From: an uncultured Azospirillaceae bacterium
GTDB lineage: Bacteria; Pseudomonadota; Alphaproteobacteria; Rickettsiales; UBA3002
Direction of reading: 5' to 3'
Assembly: GCA_964352815.1 (NCBI GenBank)
Contig: CAYGTO010000009.1
Span: forward strand, 5,012 to 69,011
Length of the DNA: 64,000 bases
The position numbers and the translations under genes are program-made. The notes beneath the pieces were generated by a model that saw only the letters and a list, made by a program, of their open reading frames with translations, ran no database searches and was not told where the DNA came from. This document shows positions 1-9,462 of the stretch, one piece after another (the stretch's first letter is position 1; each line of letters begins with the position of its first letter).

Positions 1-55
1 ACACGCCGGGGTCTATATCATTACAGTTAGATACCGTCTTCCGACGGTATTGCGG
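1..55. repeat. Partial REP/RPE-like palindromic element at the window edge
   Basis: gccggggtcta...tagataccgtc-ttcc-gacggta: hairpin arms with TCTA/TAGA inner ends, same layout as the element at 56236-56349. Confidence 0.55.
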
Positions 56-60
56 TTTCT

Positions 61-588
61 CTACTTCCCTAAAAGCGAGGCGCGCAGCTTCGGCTCGCTG
101 GTTTTTTCATTCAGCCAAATGCCGAAAAACGCCTCGGTGAAACCGGTGTCTTTCACTGCGCCAATGTTTGTCTCGCCTTGATAAAACACGGTTTGGCCCT
201 GCTTGGTGCGCACGCCAATCAACGACTCGCCCTCTTTGACATCGGGGAAAAGCTCTTCCATTTGGCGGTGCCAACCGGCGAGCTGCACCTCATCTGCGTA
301 GCCCAACCCGCGCATTTCTTCGACCGAGCGGTCGGCAATGTCTTTGCCGGTAAAATCCATTTTATAGGTGAGGCTCAGCGCATAGGGCCGCTGCGCATCA
401 TAGCTGCCTTCCGGCGCAACGAGTTTGGCGTCATAGACATCGAAGAGCAGAAAAGACAGCTCGCCTTCCCCCACTTGCGCCGGGCGCGGCATATGGGGGG
501 CGGCAATACGCTCGAGCGTCTCGGTGTCGATGGCGAAGGCAGGCAGCGCCATAAGCACCATACTGAGAGTGAAAAGACTATGCCGCAT
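61..588 (-). CDS. Chalcone isomerase-like (fatty-acid-binding) exported protein
   Basis: Signal-peptide-like MRHSLFTLSMVLMALPAFA; FDVYDAKL and FFGIWLNEKTSEPKLRASLLG motifs; start at 588 overlaps the upstream methyltransferase stop. Confidence 0.8.
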   Translation of the reverse strand: MRHSLFTLSMVLMALPAFAIDTETLERIAAPHMPRPAQVGEGELSFLLFDVYDAKLVAPEGSYDAQRPYALSLTYKMDFTGKDIADRSVEEMRGLGYADEVQLAGWHRQMEELFPDVKEGESLIGVRTKQGQTVFYQGETNIGAVKDTGFTEAFFGIWLNEKTSEPKLRASLLGK

Positions 589-1738
589 GTTGAAGCTCCA
601 CTTGCATGACGTTGGTGCGGCCAACTGAGAAACTGGCGATACAGGCCGCGAGGTAAAAGCGCCAGACGCGAATGAATGACTCATCAAAGCCGAGGGCGAG
701 AATTTCTTTGCGCTTGGTTTCGAACATCTCCAGCCATTCTTGCAAGGTGCGCGCATAATCCAGACCGAAGCGGTGCGTGTCGGTGACTTTTAGCCCGGCC
801 TTGCTGGCTTCCTGGGCAAAGCGCGACTCGCTAGGCAACATGCCGCCAGGGAAAATGAATTGGCGAATCATATCACCGCCGCTGCGGTAGCTATCAAAAT
901 GCTGGTCAGCAATGGTAATGGTCTGCACCATCGCCTTGCCTTTATCTTTCAGCAGCGAGGCGACTTTGCCGAAATAGGTCGGCCAATAACGCTCACCGAC
1001 CGCTTCAAACATTTCAATCGACACGATGGAATCATAGGTTCCGCTTTGATGGCGATAATCTTCCAGCGCCACTTCCGCAGTGCCGCCCAGACGCTTTTTC
1101 GCATAGTCATGCTGCTCATCGGATAGGGTAATGCCCTTAATCGCGTAATCATTCTTGGTCAGCGCGCGATCAGCAAACCCGCCCCAGCCACAGCCAATCT
1201 CGAGCACATTCCCCGATGCGCCGAGCCGGTCAATCATCCGGTCATATTTCGCATGCTGCGCATCGACCAGCCCCATCGTCTCATCCGAATAAAGCGCCGA
1301 GGAATAGGTCATGCTCGGGTCGAGCCAGAGCTTGTAGAACTCATTGCCAAGGTCGTAATGCGCCTGAATATTGCGGCGCGAGCCTTTGAGCGTGTTAATT
1401 TTAAGGAAGGACATGAGCCGCGCCATATATTGAAAGAAGCTGCTTCCGAAGATGAATTTCTCTAGCTCGGGCTCGTTCTTCAGGCCAAAATGCAGCACGG
1501 CGGTGAGGTCGGGTGTGCTCCACAACTCATCGCGGTAAGCTTCGGTCAGGCCAATATCGCCCTTCAGCGCAAACTGCGCCATGGCTTGCCAATCATGAAT
1601 GTTCATCAACGCATCGGGGCCAGGCTCGGCGCCTTGAAACTCATAGCGCTGGCCTTCCGGCGTCATGAACACCATGCGGCCATATTTGGTGTGTTCGAGC
1701 GCGCGCAGGAATTCGTGTCCCATCATTTTTGCAAACAT
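578..1738 (-). CDS. cfa: Cyclopropane-fatty-acyl-phospholipid synthase family SAM methyltransferase (Cfa/UfaM-like)
   Basis: NIQAHYDLGNEFY, MTYSSA, VLEIGCGWGG, SIEMFEAVG and IFPGGMLPS motifs. Confidence 0.9.
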   Translation of the reverse strand: MFAKMMGHEFLRALEHTKYGRMVFMTPEGQRYEFQGAEPGPDALMNIHDWQAMAQFALKGDIGLTEAYRDELWSTPDLTAVLHFGLKNEPELEKFIFGSSFFQYMARLMSFLKINTLKGSRRNIQAHYDLGNEFYKLWLDPSMTYSSALYSDETMGLVDAQHAKYDRMIDRLGASGNVLEIGCGWGGFADRALTKNDYAIKGITLSDEQHDYAKKRLGGTAEVALEDYRHQSGTYDSIVSIEMFEAVGERYWPTYFGKVASLLKDKGKAMVQTITIADQHFDSYRSGGDMIRQFIFPGGMLPSESRFAQEASKAGLKVTDTHRFGLDYARTLQEWLEMFETKRKEILALGFDESFIRVWRFYLAACIASFSVGRTNVMQVELQHAA

Positions 1739-1800
1739 GCTTTCCTCTTTTGTTGCCGTTAGCTTAGAGCGTGTTACTTTACCGGCGCGTCACATGCGGC

Positions 1801-2640
1801 TTAATTCTTTGTCATGTTGTCGCCTTGCGCCGGCGGAGGTGCATCATGCTTCTTGGCGGCAGGCGGCTCGGTGACCGAGAAACGGACCTCACGCTGCACC
1901 GGCTTAAACACATAGCGCACCTTCTTGATGAATAGCTTTAGCGCCTGATAGTGGATGAGTGCAATGGTTTTGATCGCCACGGCCGGAATCTGCCAAAAAG
2001 CGCGCATTAGGTTGCGGCGCGAATAGGGTACATGCTCGCCGACCAGTGAGGTGAGCAGCTGCTTCTCGCCATTGGCGGCGTAATAGTCAATCCAAATGCC
2101 GAGCGCATCATCTTTACGTGCGAAGCGGAATTCATAATGCCCCTCACGCGGCAAAAAGGGCGAGACATGGAATAGCTTCTCGGCGGTGAGCCAATCATCC
2201 GCGGTGATGGGGCGCTGGTCGTCATGGCAGCATAGGTAATGATGGGTTTCGCCGAACGTGTTGCTCACTTCGCATAGGACGGCGCGGAGTTGATCATCAC
2301 GGTCGAGGCAGAGCCAAAAGCTCACCGGGTTGAAATCATAGCCCAGCGCGCGCGGCATGGTCACCAGCGTGATGTCGGTGATGTGGTCATTGAGATGATG
2401 TTGCTTTAAGTGCCCGCGCAGCCATTGCTCGAGCGAGGCATCGGGGTCTTTGGCGCCGTAGCGTGCCGTGCGTAGTGAGAGGAGCGCACGGCGATTCACC
2501 CCAAAGCGCCAGCCATCATTGAGCTGCTCGAGCTGGTCAATCGGGCAATTCAGATAATAGACATGATAGGTGAAACCATTTTTCGCGGGGAAAAGCCGCT
2601 GATGCACCACTTTCGCGTGAAGAAGCTGCGGCGAGGGCAT
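1801..2640 (-). CDS. DUF1365 family protein (UfaO-like)
   Basis: HQRLFP, FNPVSFW, EVSNTFGETHHY and KLFHVSPF motifs; alternative start at 2655. Confidence 0.88.
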   Translation of the reverse strand: MPSPQLLHAKVVHQRLFPAKNGFTYHVYYLNCPIDQLEQLNDGWRFGVNRRALLSLRTARYGAKDPDASLEQWLRGHLKQHHLNDHITDITLVTMPRALGYDFNPVSFWLCLDRDDQLRAVLCEVSNTFGETHHYLCCHDDQRPITADDWLTAEKLFHVSPFLPREGHYEFRFARKDDALGIWIDYYAANGEKQLLTSLVGEHVPYSRRNLMRAFWQIPAVAIKTIALIHYQALKLFIKKVRYVFKPVQREVRFSVTEPPAAKKHDAPPPAQGDNMTKN

Positions 2641-2642
2641 AG

Positions 2643-3914
2643 CTACATTTCCCACGGCAGCTGGGCACCAAGCCCCTTAGCAACCGCCACCCCGCTCATA
2701 CAGCCATCCTCATGGAAGCCATAGCGCTGATAGGCACCGCAGAACCAGGCGCGGCGCTTGCCTTGAATCTCATCAATGCGCCCCTGCGCCTCGATTGCTT
2801 CAGCGGTGAAAATGGGATGACTGAACTCGTGGACATTGTGCGTGAGCGCCGGGTCGGGCATACGGCCAGGATTGAGCGTGACAATCAGCGGCACGCGCTC
2901 ATCGAGATTCTGCAGCAAATTCATCCAATAGCTCAGCGACACCGCCGGGTTGGCGTCCTCTTTCGCGCCTTCCAGCAAATACACCCAGCTCGCCCAGGCG
3001 CGTTTCGCTTTCGGCATAAAGCTGACATCGCTATGCAGCACCACCTGGTTATCCTGATATTTAAACGCACCTAAAATCGATTTTTCTTTTACGGTTGGGT
3101 CATCCAGCAGCGCCAGCGCCTCATCGCCATGGCAGGCAAAGACCACCTCATCATAGCGCGCCTCGCCACCTTGCGTATCGCGCACCAGCACGCCCTCATC
3201 ATCGCGCACCACCTGGCTCGCGCCGCAATTCAGCTTGATGCGGTCCTGGTAGGATGCGGTCAGACGCGCGACATATTCCCGGCTACCGCCGCTTACCGTG
3301 TACCATTGCGGCTGATCATCGATGGAAAGCAACCCGTGATTTTGGAAAAACTGAATGAAGGTGCGCGCGGGGAAAGCGAGCATTTTATCGAGCGGACAGC
3401 TCCAAATCGCGCCGCCCATCGCCAGCAGAAAATAGCGCCGGAACCAATCCCCCATACCCATCTCATCCAAACATTGACCGAGCGCGATGCTGCTGTCTTT
3501 TTCAAGATAGGCCGGGGCTTCTTTGAAAAAGCGCATCACATCGCGGATCATACCGATATAGCGCGGGCGAAAGAGGTTTTTCGGCTGCGCGAAAATAGAC
3601 GGTAGATCACGCGTGCCATATTCAAGCCAACCATCATGAATGCTCGCGCCAAAGCTCATATTGCTTTTCTCCACCGGCACATCAACCAGCTCGAACAGCT
3701 TAGTCATGGTGGGATAGTTGCGGTAGTTGAACACGATAAAGCCCGTATCGACTGGAATCGTGGTGCCATAATCACTGCTCACCTCGAGCGTGCGGCTATG
3801 CCCACCAATATAGGCGTTCTTTTCATAAAGCGTGATCTCATGCTCGCTATGATGATGGAGCAGGTAAGCGGCGCTGTTGCCAGCGATGCCGCTGCCGATG
3901 ATGGCGATTTTCAT
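2643..3914 (-). CDS. FAD-dependent oxidoreductase (UfaD-like fatty acid desaturase family)
   Basis: GSGIAG dinucleotide-binding motif, GGHSRT, VDTGFIVFNYRNYP, YGFHEDG. Confidence 0.88.
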   Translation of the reverse strand: MKIAIIGSGIAGNSAAYLLHHHSEHEITLYEKNAYIGGHSRTLEVSSDYGTTIPVDTGFIVFNYRNYPTMTKLFELVDVPVEKSNMSFGASIHDGWLEYGTRDLPSIFAQPKNLFRPRYIGMIRDVMRFFKEAPAYLEKDSSIALGQCLDEMGMGDWFRRYFLLAMGGAIWSCPLDKMLAFPARTFIQFFQNHGLLSIDDQPQWYTVSGGSREYVARLTASYQDRIKLNCGASQVVRDDEGVLVRDTQGGEARYDEVVFACHGDEALALLDDPTVKEKSILGAFKYQDNQVVLHSDVSFMPKAKRAWASWVYLLEGAKEDANPAVSLSYWMNLLQNLDERVPLIVTLNPGRMPDPALTHNVHEFSHPIFTAEAIEAQGRIDEIQGKRRAWFCGAYQRYGFHEDGCMSGVAVAKGLGAQLPWEM

Positions 3915-5371
3915 GCTGCGGGCCTCTTATTCGTTGCGACAGCGCGGGCCTCAGCCTTGCGCTTCACGGTGATAGGGAAATCGAGCACAACACGCAAGCC
4001 CGGATGATTATCTTCGAGCGTAATGGCGACATGATGCAGCTCAAGAATTGCGCCCACCATAGCCAAACCCAGCCCATTGCCTGGGTTACTACTGGTGCGT
4101 GCGCTATCAACACGGTAAAAGCGCTGGAAGACCTTCTCTTTATCCGCATCGGTAATGCCCGGGCCCGAATCGGCGAGGCTAAGGCGGAAATGGCCCTTAT
4201 GTTTTTCTAAGCTGAGCGCAATAGAGCCGCCCTTTGGAGTGTATTTGATCGCATTATCGAGCAGGTTCGACAGCGCCTGAAACAGTAAATCCTTATCACC
4301 GAACAGCTGCCCGCGCACCGTATGATGGGTGAGGATGATGTCTTTTTCCTCGGCGAGGGGCGCATAAAGCTCGATCACATCTTCCACTACATCGCTGAGC
4401 AGCAACGTCTCAAACGGCGCATGGCGCTTACCTTTCTCAATGTTCGAAATTCGCAGCAGCGCGTGGAAAGTCGCCAGCAGCTGATCCGCCTCATCAAGCA
4501 GTTTTTCACTGCAGTTTTTAAGTGCGTCATCCTCTTGAATCGTGTCGCTTTCAGTGAGCTGTTCTAAATGGTTACGCAAGCGTGAGAGCGGTGTGCGTAG
4601 ATCATGCGCGATATTGTCCGAGACATCGCGCACCCCCTGCATCAACATCTCGACCCGGCCAAGCAATTCGTTCAACACCAGGCTCAAATCACCCAAATCA
4701 TCCCAGGCATTATCAATCGGAATACGCTGAGAAAGATCGCCCGTATCCATCACATTGCGCGCGGTCGCGGCAATGCGGTTGATGCGTTTCACCACATAGG
4801 CGCTGATGAAAAATGCGCTTACCACCACCAACACCATTAATAGCAGCATACCCCGCCCTAAATATTTGACCTGGGTTTCTAGCGCGTCGAGCGCTTGCAT
4901 ATTACGCGCGACCACCAGCCGGTAGCCCTCATCGAAGGTATGAATCTTTGCCGCCAAGGTAAGCGGGGCCTCCGTGGGTCGCGCCACCCCATAACGCACA
5001 ATATTCTCCGAATCGACCGTGAATTGGAGCAGCCCCTCACTGATGATGGTGAAATCAGCGGGCAGCCGGTTCACATTCCCCGCGACTAGCCCGCCTTCTG
5101 AATCAATCAGCATGTAGAACAGATCGCGGTCGCGCGAGGCCAAATCACGGATTTGGTTCTGCAGTGAAATCAACCCACCCACCTCGTGATGCGCCGTCAT
5201 GATTTCAATTTGCGTGTTGATGGTCGACTCAATATAGGCGGCAAATTGGTCTTGCTGATATTGGTTCTTCAGCGTGTAGAGCAGAATAATCGCCGTGCCG
5301 AGCAGCACAGTGAACAGCACCGCCATTTTAAAGCTGGAACTTTGCGTATAGCGCCTATGCGGCTTCTTCAA
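3911..5371 (-). CDS. Membrane sensor histidine kinase (HAMP-HisKA-HATPase)
   Basis: Two hydrophobic segments, IAHDLRTPL H-box, NLLDNAIKY, DSGPGI, GNGLGLA; likely TTG start at 5371 overlapping the regulator stop. Confidence 0.9.
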   Translation of the reverse strand: MKKPHRRYTQSSSFKMAVLFTVLLGTAIILLYTLKNQYQQDQFAAYIESTINTQIEIMTAHHEVGGLISLQNQIRDLASRDRDLFYMLIDSEGGLVAGNVNRLPADFTIISEGLLQFTVDSENIVRYGVARPTEAPLTLAAKIHTFDEGYRLVVARNMQALDALETQVKYLGRGMLLLMVLVVVSAFFISAYVVKRINRIAATARNVMDTGDLSQRIPIDNAWDDLGDLSLVLNELLGRVEMLMQGVRDVSDNIAHDLRTPLSRLRNHLEQLTESDTIQEDDALKNCSEKLLDEADQLLATFHALLRISNIEKGKRHAPFETLLLSDVVEDVIELYAPLAEEKDIILTHHTVRGQLFGDKDLLFQALSNLLDNAIKYTPKGGSIALSLEKHKGHFRLSLADSGPGITDADKEKVFQRFYRVDSARTSSNPGNGLGLAMVGAILELHHVAITLEDNHPGLRVVLDFPITVKRKAEARAVATNKRPAA

Positions 5372-6035
5372 CGATGTAGCCGGCACCACGGACCGTCCTG
5401 ATAAGTTGTTGCGTGAAGCCCTTATCGACTTTGCCGCGCAAACGGCTGATATGCACATCGATCACATTGGTTTGCGGATCAAAATGATATTCCCACACAT
5501 GCTCGAGCAGCATGGTGCGCGTCACCACCTGCCCCTTATGTTTGAGCAAATATTCGAGCAGGTTAAATTCGCGCGTTTGCAGGTCAATATCCTGGCCGCT
5601 GCGCGTCACTTTGCGTGCCAGCAGGTCCATTTCCAAATCACCGGCGCGTAGCTTGGTTTCCACCGCATCTACCGCATGGCCACGGCGCGAAAGCACTTCA
5701 AGCCGGGCGAGCAGCTCACCAAAGGCGAAGGGCTTGGTCAGATAATCATCGCCGCCCGCGCGCAGGCCTTTCACCCGGTCATCGACATCGCTGAGCGCAC
5801 TCAAAATCAATACAGGCGTAGAATTGTCAGAGGCGCGCAAGGTTTTGAGAATGGTCAGCCCGTCGACTTCGGGCAGCATCCGATCAAGCACGATCGTATC
5901 ATAGGTCTCGGTCGTCGCCATAAACAGCCCATCCTTGCCGCTATGGCTCACATCAACATTATGCCCGGCCTCTTTCAGCCCTTTGACAATATAATCTGCA
6001 GTGGAAAGATCATCTTCAACGACCAAAATACGCAT
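5355..6035 (-). CDS. OmpR/PhoB-family response regulator
   Basis: ILVVEDD, LDRMLP, DDYLTKPF receiver motifs; winged-helix C-terminus TVRGAGY. Confidence 0.93.
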   Translation of the reverse strand: MRILVVEDDLSTADYIVKGLKEAGHNVDVSHSGKDGLFMATTETYDTIVLDRMLPEVDGLTILKTLRASDNSTPVLILSALSDVDDRVKGLRAGGDDYLTKPFAFGELLARLEVLSRRGHAVDAVETKLRAGDLEMDLLARKVTRSGQDIDLQTREFNLLEYLLKHKGQVVTRTMLLEHVWEYHFDPQTNVIDVHISRLRGKVDKGFTQQLIRTVRGAGYIVEEAA

Positions 6036-6058
6036 TGCTCTACCCCAGGCCTTTGGTT

Positions 6059-6075
6059 GGTTAATTTGGTATTAA
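6059..6075 (-). promoter_or_regulatory. CtrA-box-like site
   Basis: Minus strand reads TTAA-taccaaa-TTAACC, matching TTAA-N7-TTAAC, about 25 bp upstream of the regulator ATG. Confidence 0.5.
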
Positions 6076-6221
6076 AGCAGTTCCCCGTAATCCACAAATA
6101 AAAAATGGGAAAGGGATTGGTTAGGTTCTGGTAAGGATTGGGCTTGCGCTGCCGCCATCTTTTCGCTAAGACACCGGGCAAACAAAGGATTTCCCTCATG
6201 AACCACGAAAAGGAAGAGACC

Positions 6222-7451
6222 ATGACCCGCATTGCTGTAAAAAGCCCGATTGTTGAGCTCGATGGCGACGAGATGACACGCATCATCTGGGCCTGGATCA
6301 AGGATCAGCTGATTCACCCTTATTTGGATATCGACCTGAAATATTATGATCTATCAATCCAAAAGCGCGACGAAACCCGTGACCAGATCACGGTCGATGC
6401 CGCGAATGCGATCAAAGAGCATGGGGTGGGCGTGAAATGTGCGACCATCACGCCCGATGAAGCGCGCGTGGAAGAATTTTCACTCAAAGAGATGTACCGC
6501 TCGCCGAACGGGACCATTCGTAACATTCTCGGCGGCACCATTTTCCGCGCGCCGATCACCATGAGCAACATTCCGCTCTATGTGCCTGGCTGGAAAAAGC
6601 CGATTATTGTTGGCCGTCATGCCTTTGGCGATCAATACCGCGCGACTGATATGGTGGTGGATCGTCCAGGAACGCTCACCATGACCTTCACCCCTGAAGA
6701 TGGTTCGGACAGCATCACCCATAAGATTTTCGATTTCCCAGGCGGCGGCGTCGCGATGAGCATGTATAATCTCGATGATTCGATCCTCGGCTTTGCCCGC
6801 GCCTGCATGAATTATGGGCTGAAAGAAAATTATCCAGTCTTCCTCTCCACCAAAAACACCATCATGAAGAAATATGATGGCCGCTTTAAGGATCTGTTCC
6901 AAAAAGTCTATGAGGAAGAGTTTAAGGCCGAATTTGAAAGCCGTGGCCTGTATTATGAGCACCGCTTGATCGATGATCTGGTCGCTTATGCGATCAAATC
7001 GGAAGGCGGTTTTGTTTGGGCATGTAAAAACTATGATGGCGATGTGCAATCCGATATCGTGGCGCAAGGCTTCGGCTCGCTCGGGCTGATGACCTCCGTG
7101 CTGATGACGCCAGACGGCAATACGGTTGAAACCGAGGCCGCGCACGGCACCGTGACACGCCATTACCGTCAATATCAAGAGGGCAAAGAGACTTCGACCA
7201 ACCCGATCGCGTCGATTTTTGCCTGGAGTAATGCTCTTCGCTACCGCAGCAAAATGGATGACACGCCAGAGGTTGAACAATTCGCTGACGCGCTCGAGCA
7301 AGCCGTTCGCAGCACGGTGGAAAATGGTAAAATGACCAAAGACCTCGCGCTCCTAATCGGCAAAGAGCAAAAATTCCTCACCACGAAACAATTTATGGAT
7401 GCGGTGGATAGCGAGTTGCAGGGGTTGATGGGGCTGAAAAAGGCTGCTTAG
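6222..7451 (+). CDS. icd: NADP-dependent isocitrate dehydrogenase
   Basis: [38 protein letters not shown]; start chosen at ATG 6222 after AAGGAAG. Confidence 0.95.
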   Translation: MTRIAVKSPIVELDGDEMTRIIWAWIKDQLIHPYLDIDLKYYDLSIQKRDETRDQITVDAANAIKEHGVGVKCATITPDEARVEEFSLKEMYRSPNGTIRNILGGTIFRAPITMSNIPLYVPGWKKPIIVGRHAFGDQYRATDMVVDRPGTLTMTFTPEDGSDSITHKIFDFPGGGVAMSMYNLDDSILGFARACMNYGLKENYPVFLSTKNTIMKKYDGRFKDLFQKVYEEEFKAEFESRGLYYEHRLIDDLVAYAIKSEGGFVWACKNYDGDVQSDIVAQGFGSLGLMTSVLMTPDGNTVETEAAHGTVTRHYRQYQEGKETSTNPIASIFAWSNALRYRSKMDDTPEVEQFADALEQAVRSTVENGKMTKDLALLIGKEQKFLTTKQFMDAVDSELQGLMGLKKAA

Positions 7452-7464
7452 TGTTGCGTTTGCT

Positions 7465-7627
7465 CCCGCGCTGCACTGCTGTTACGCGCGATGAGCCTGA
7501 GCGCTGCGCGCACTAAAGACAAAGGTCTGCTGACTTTTAGGAGAACTCTACTTAGGTCAGCAGACCTAAGCTTTAGTCGGCGAAGCCGTTAGTTTCACTG
7601 CGGAGGCCAGAGGGCCGGAGCAGGAAA
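7465..7627. repeat. Inverted doublet of the CTTTAGT-hairpin element around a central palindrome
   Basis: 7465-7494 is the reverse complement (1 mismatch) of the ilvE/ilvB leader core; 7571-7597 CTTTAGTCGGCGAAGCCGTTAGTTTCA matches the ilvB leader; central AGGTCTGCTGAC...GTCAGCAGACCT inverted repeat. Confidence 0.75.
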
Positions 7628-7638
7628 GATCATAAAAC

Positions 7639-7665
7639 AAAAAGCCCCGGACATAGCCGGGGCTT
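7639..7665 (-). terminator. Rho-independent terminator (possibly bidirectional)
   Basis: AAGCCCCGG-acatag-CCGGGGCTT stem with an A-run giving a U tail on the minus strand, between convergent icd and DUF378 gene. Confidence 0.7.
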
Positions 7666-7688
7666 CTCATCACTACCGTGATATGCTC

Positions 7689-7889
7689 CTATGAATCAGA
7701 CAGCTTTGTCGTGATCATCGGCACAATGTGGTAACATGCAGAAAGCATGATGAAAATATACATCACTGTCGTCAATGCTCCTGTACCAAAGACTGTGGTC
7801 ACAAGATTCACATCAGCAAGTCCCACTAGACCCCAGTTAATACCACCTACTAAAACTAATAGCAGTGTGAAGACATGTAAGAATGGCAT
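7689..7889 (-). CDS. DUF378 small membrane protein
   Basis: LVLVGGINWGLVGL...NLV..FG motif; AGGAGG ribosome-binding site upstream of ATG 7889. Confidence 0.8.
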   Translation of the reverse strand: MPFLHVFTLLLVLVGGINWGLVGLADVNLVTTVFGTGALTTVMYIFIMLSACYHIVPMITTKLSDS

Positions 7890-8067
7890 AATCGCCTCCT
7901 TTGTTGTTAACATCTTTATTATACCACAAACGGAACGGTTATGTTGCACAAAAGCAACTCTTATGCTGCACTAGTCTCGCAATGCAGCAATTGCCTTGCG
8001 TTGCAGCATTTTATTGTGCGCCTGCGAAGGGTTAATATTGCGCCGCAATATTAATGCATGGCGTGCG

Positions 8068-9462
8068 TCAGATATGAATGGGGCGATTGTCAGTCGCGGC
8101 AAGCGCCGCTTCTTTGACTGCTTCATTGAGCGTTGGGTGGCCATGGAAAGAGCGCGCAATATCTTCGGCCGATGCGCTGAATTCCATCGCTACCACCACC
8201 TCATGAATCAATGTTCCTGCATCTGGCCCGATGATATGGCAGCCAAGCACTTCGTCGGTTTCTTTATCCGCCAGAATTTTTACAAACCCGTCCGTTTCAC
8301 CCACTGCACGCCCACGGCTGTTTGCGAGGAACGGGAATTTACCGACCTTATAGGCGCGGCCGGCCTCTTTAAGCTGCTCCTCGGTTTTGCCGACAGAAGC
8401 GATCTCAGGGTGCGTGTACACGATCCCTGGGACGGTGTTATAGTTTACATGACCATGCTGCCCAGCGAGCTGCTCTGCGACTGCAACGCCCTCTTCCTCG
8501 GCCTTATGGGCGAGCATTGGGCCAGGGATCACATCGCCAATCGCATAGATATTACTTTGGCTGGCCTGCCAATGATCATTCACCGCAATAAAGCCGCGCT
8601 CATTCGTCTCAATCCCAACCTTATCGAGACCCAGATTATCCGTGTAAGGCTTGCGGCCAATCGCCACCAACACCACATCGGCTTTCATCTCTTCTTTCTT
8701 ACCACCGGCCGCTGGTTCAACCGTCAGCGTGACGCCATTCTTTGCGGTTTTCGCACCCGTCACTTTCGTACCCATGCGGAATTCGATACCTTGCTTCTCA
8801 AGGATTTTCTTAAACTGTTTCGAGACTTCCATATCCATACCCGGCGTCACCCGATCCAGAAACTCCACCACGGTCACTTTCGCACCCAAACGCTTCCACA
8901 CTGAGCCCATTTCCAGGCCGATATAGCCGCCGCCAATGACGATCATATGTTTGGGCACTTTGGGCAGCGAGAGCGCGCCAGTAGAGGACACAATCTGTTT
9001 CTCATCAATCTTCACGCCCGGCAGCGGCATGACATCCGAGCCCGTCGCAATGATGAAATTTTTCGCGTTATATTCTTTATTGCCCACCTTAACAGTGCTT
9101 TTATCCTTAAACGTGGCCCAGCCTTTGATATATTCGACCTTATTCTTCTTAAACAAACCTTCAATCCCATTGGTCAGGCCATCGACAACATCATCTTTGT
9201 TTTTGAGCATGATTTTCAGATCAAGCTTTAGATCGCCGACTTTAATACCAAAATCCTTAAAGTGATGCTGCGCTTCTGCATATTTTTCAGAGCTATTAAG
9301 AAGTGCTTTCGACGGGATACAGCCGACATTCAGGCAGGTTCCGCCAAGCTTCCCACGCCCTTCAATACAGGCCACATTCATGCCCAATTGCGCCGCACGA
9401 ATCGCCGCGACATAGCCGCCAGGGCCACCACCAATGATGATTACATCAAACTGATCTGCCAT
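8068..9462 (-). CDS. lpdA: Dihydrolipoamide dehydrogenase (E3)
   Basis: GGGPGGY, GGTCLNVGCIPSK redox disulfide, HPTLNE. Confidence 0.96.
   Translation of the reverse strand: MADQFDVIIIGGGPGGYVAAIRAAQLGMNVACIEGRGKLGGTCLNVGCIPSKALLNSSEKYAEAQHHFKDFGIKVGDLKLDLKIMLKNKDDVVDGLTNGIEGLFKKNKVEYIKGWATFKDKSTVKVGNKEYNAKNFIIATGSDVMPLPGVKIDEKQIVSSTGALSLPKVPKHMIVIGGGYIGLEMGSVWKRLGAKVTVVEFLDRVTPGMDMEVSKQFKKILEKQGIEFRMGTKVTGAKTAKNGVTLTVEPAAGGKKEEMKADVVLVAIGRKPYTDNLGLDKVGIETNERGFIAVNDHWQASQSNIYAIGDVIPGPMLAHKAEEEGVAVAEQLAGQHGHVNYNTVPGIVYTHPEIASVGKTEEQLKEAGRAYKVGKFPFLANSRGRAVGETDGFVKILADKETDEVLGCHIIGPDAGTLIHEVVVAMEFSASAEDIARSFHGHPTLNEAVKEAALAATDNRPIHI

Noticed and set aside
7996-8904. 302-aa plus-strand ORF (and similar ORFs opposite icd, sucB, hflK, ilvB and leuA)
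   Set aside because: Antisense to well-supported conserved genes
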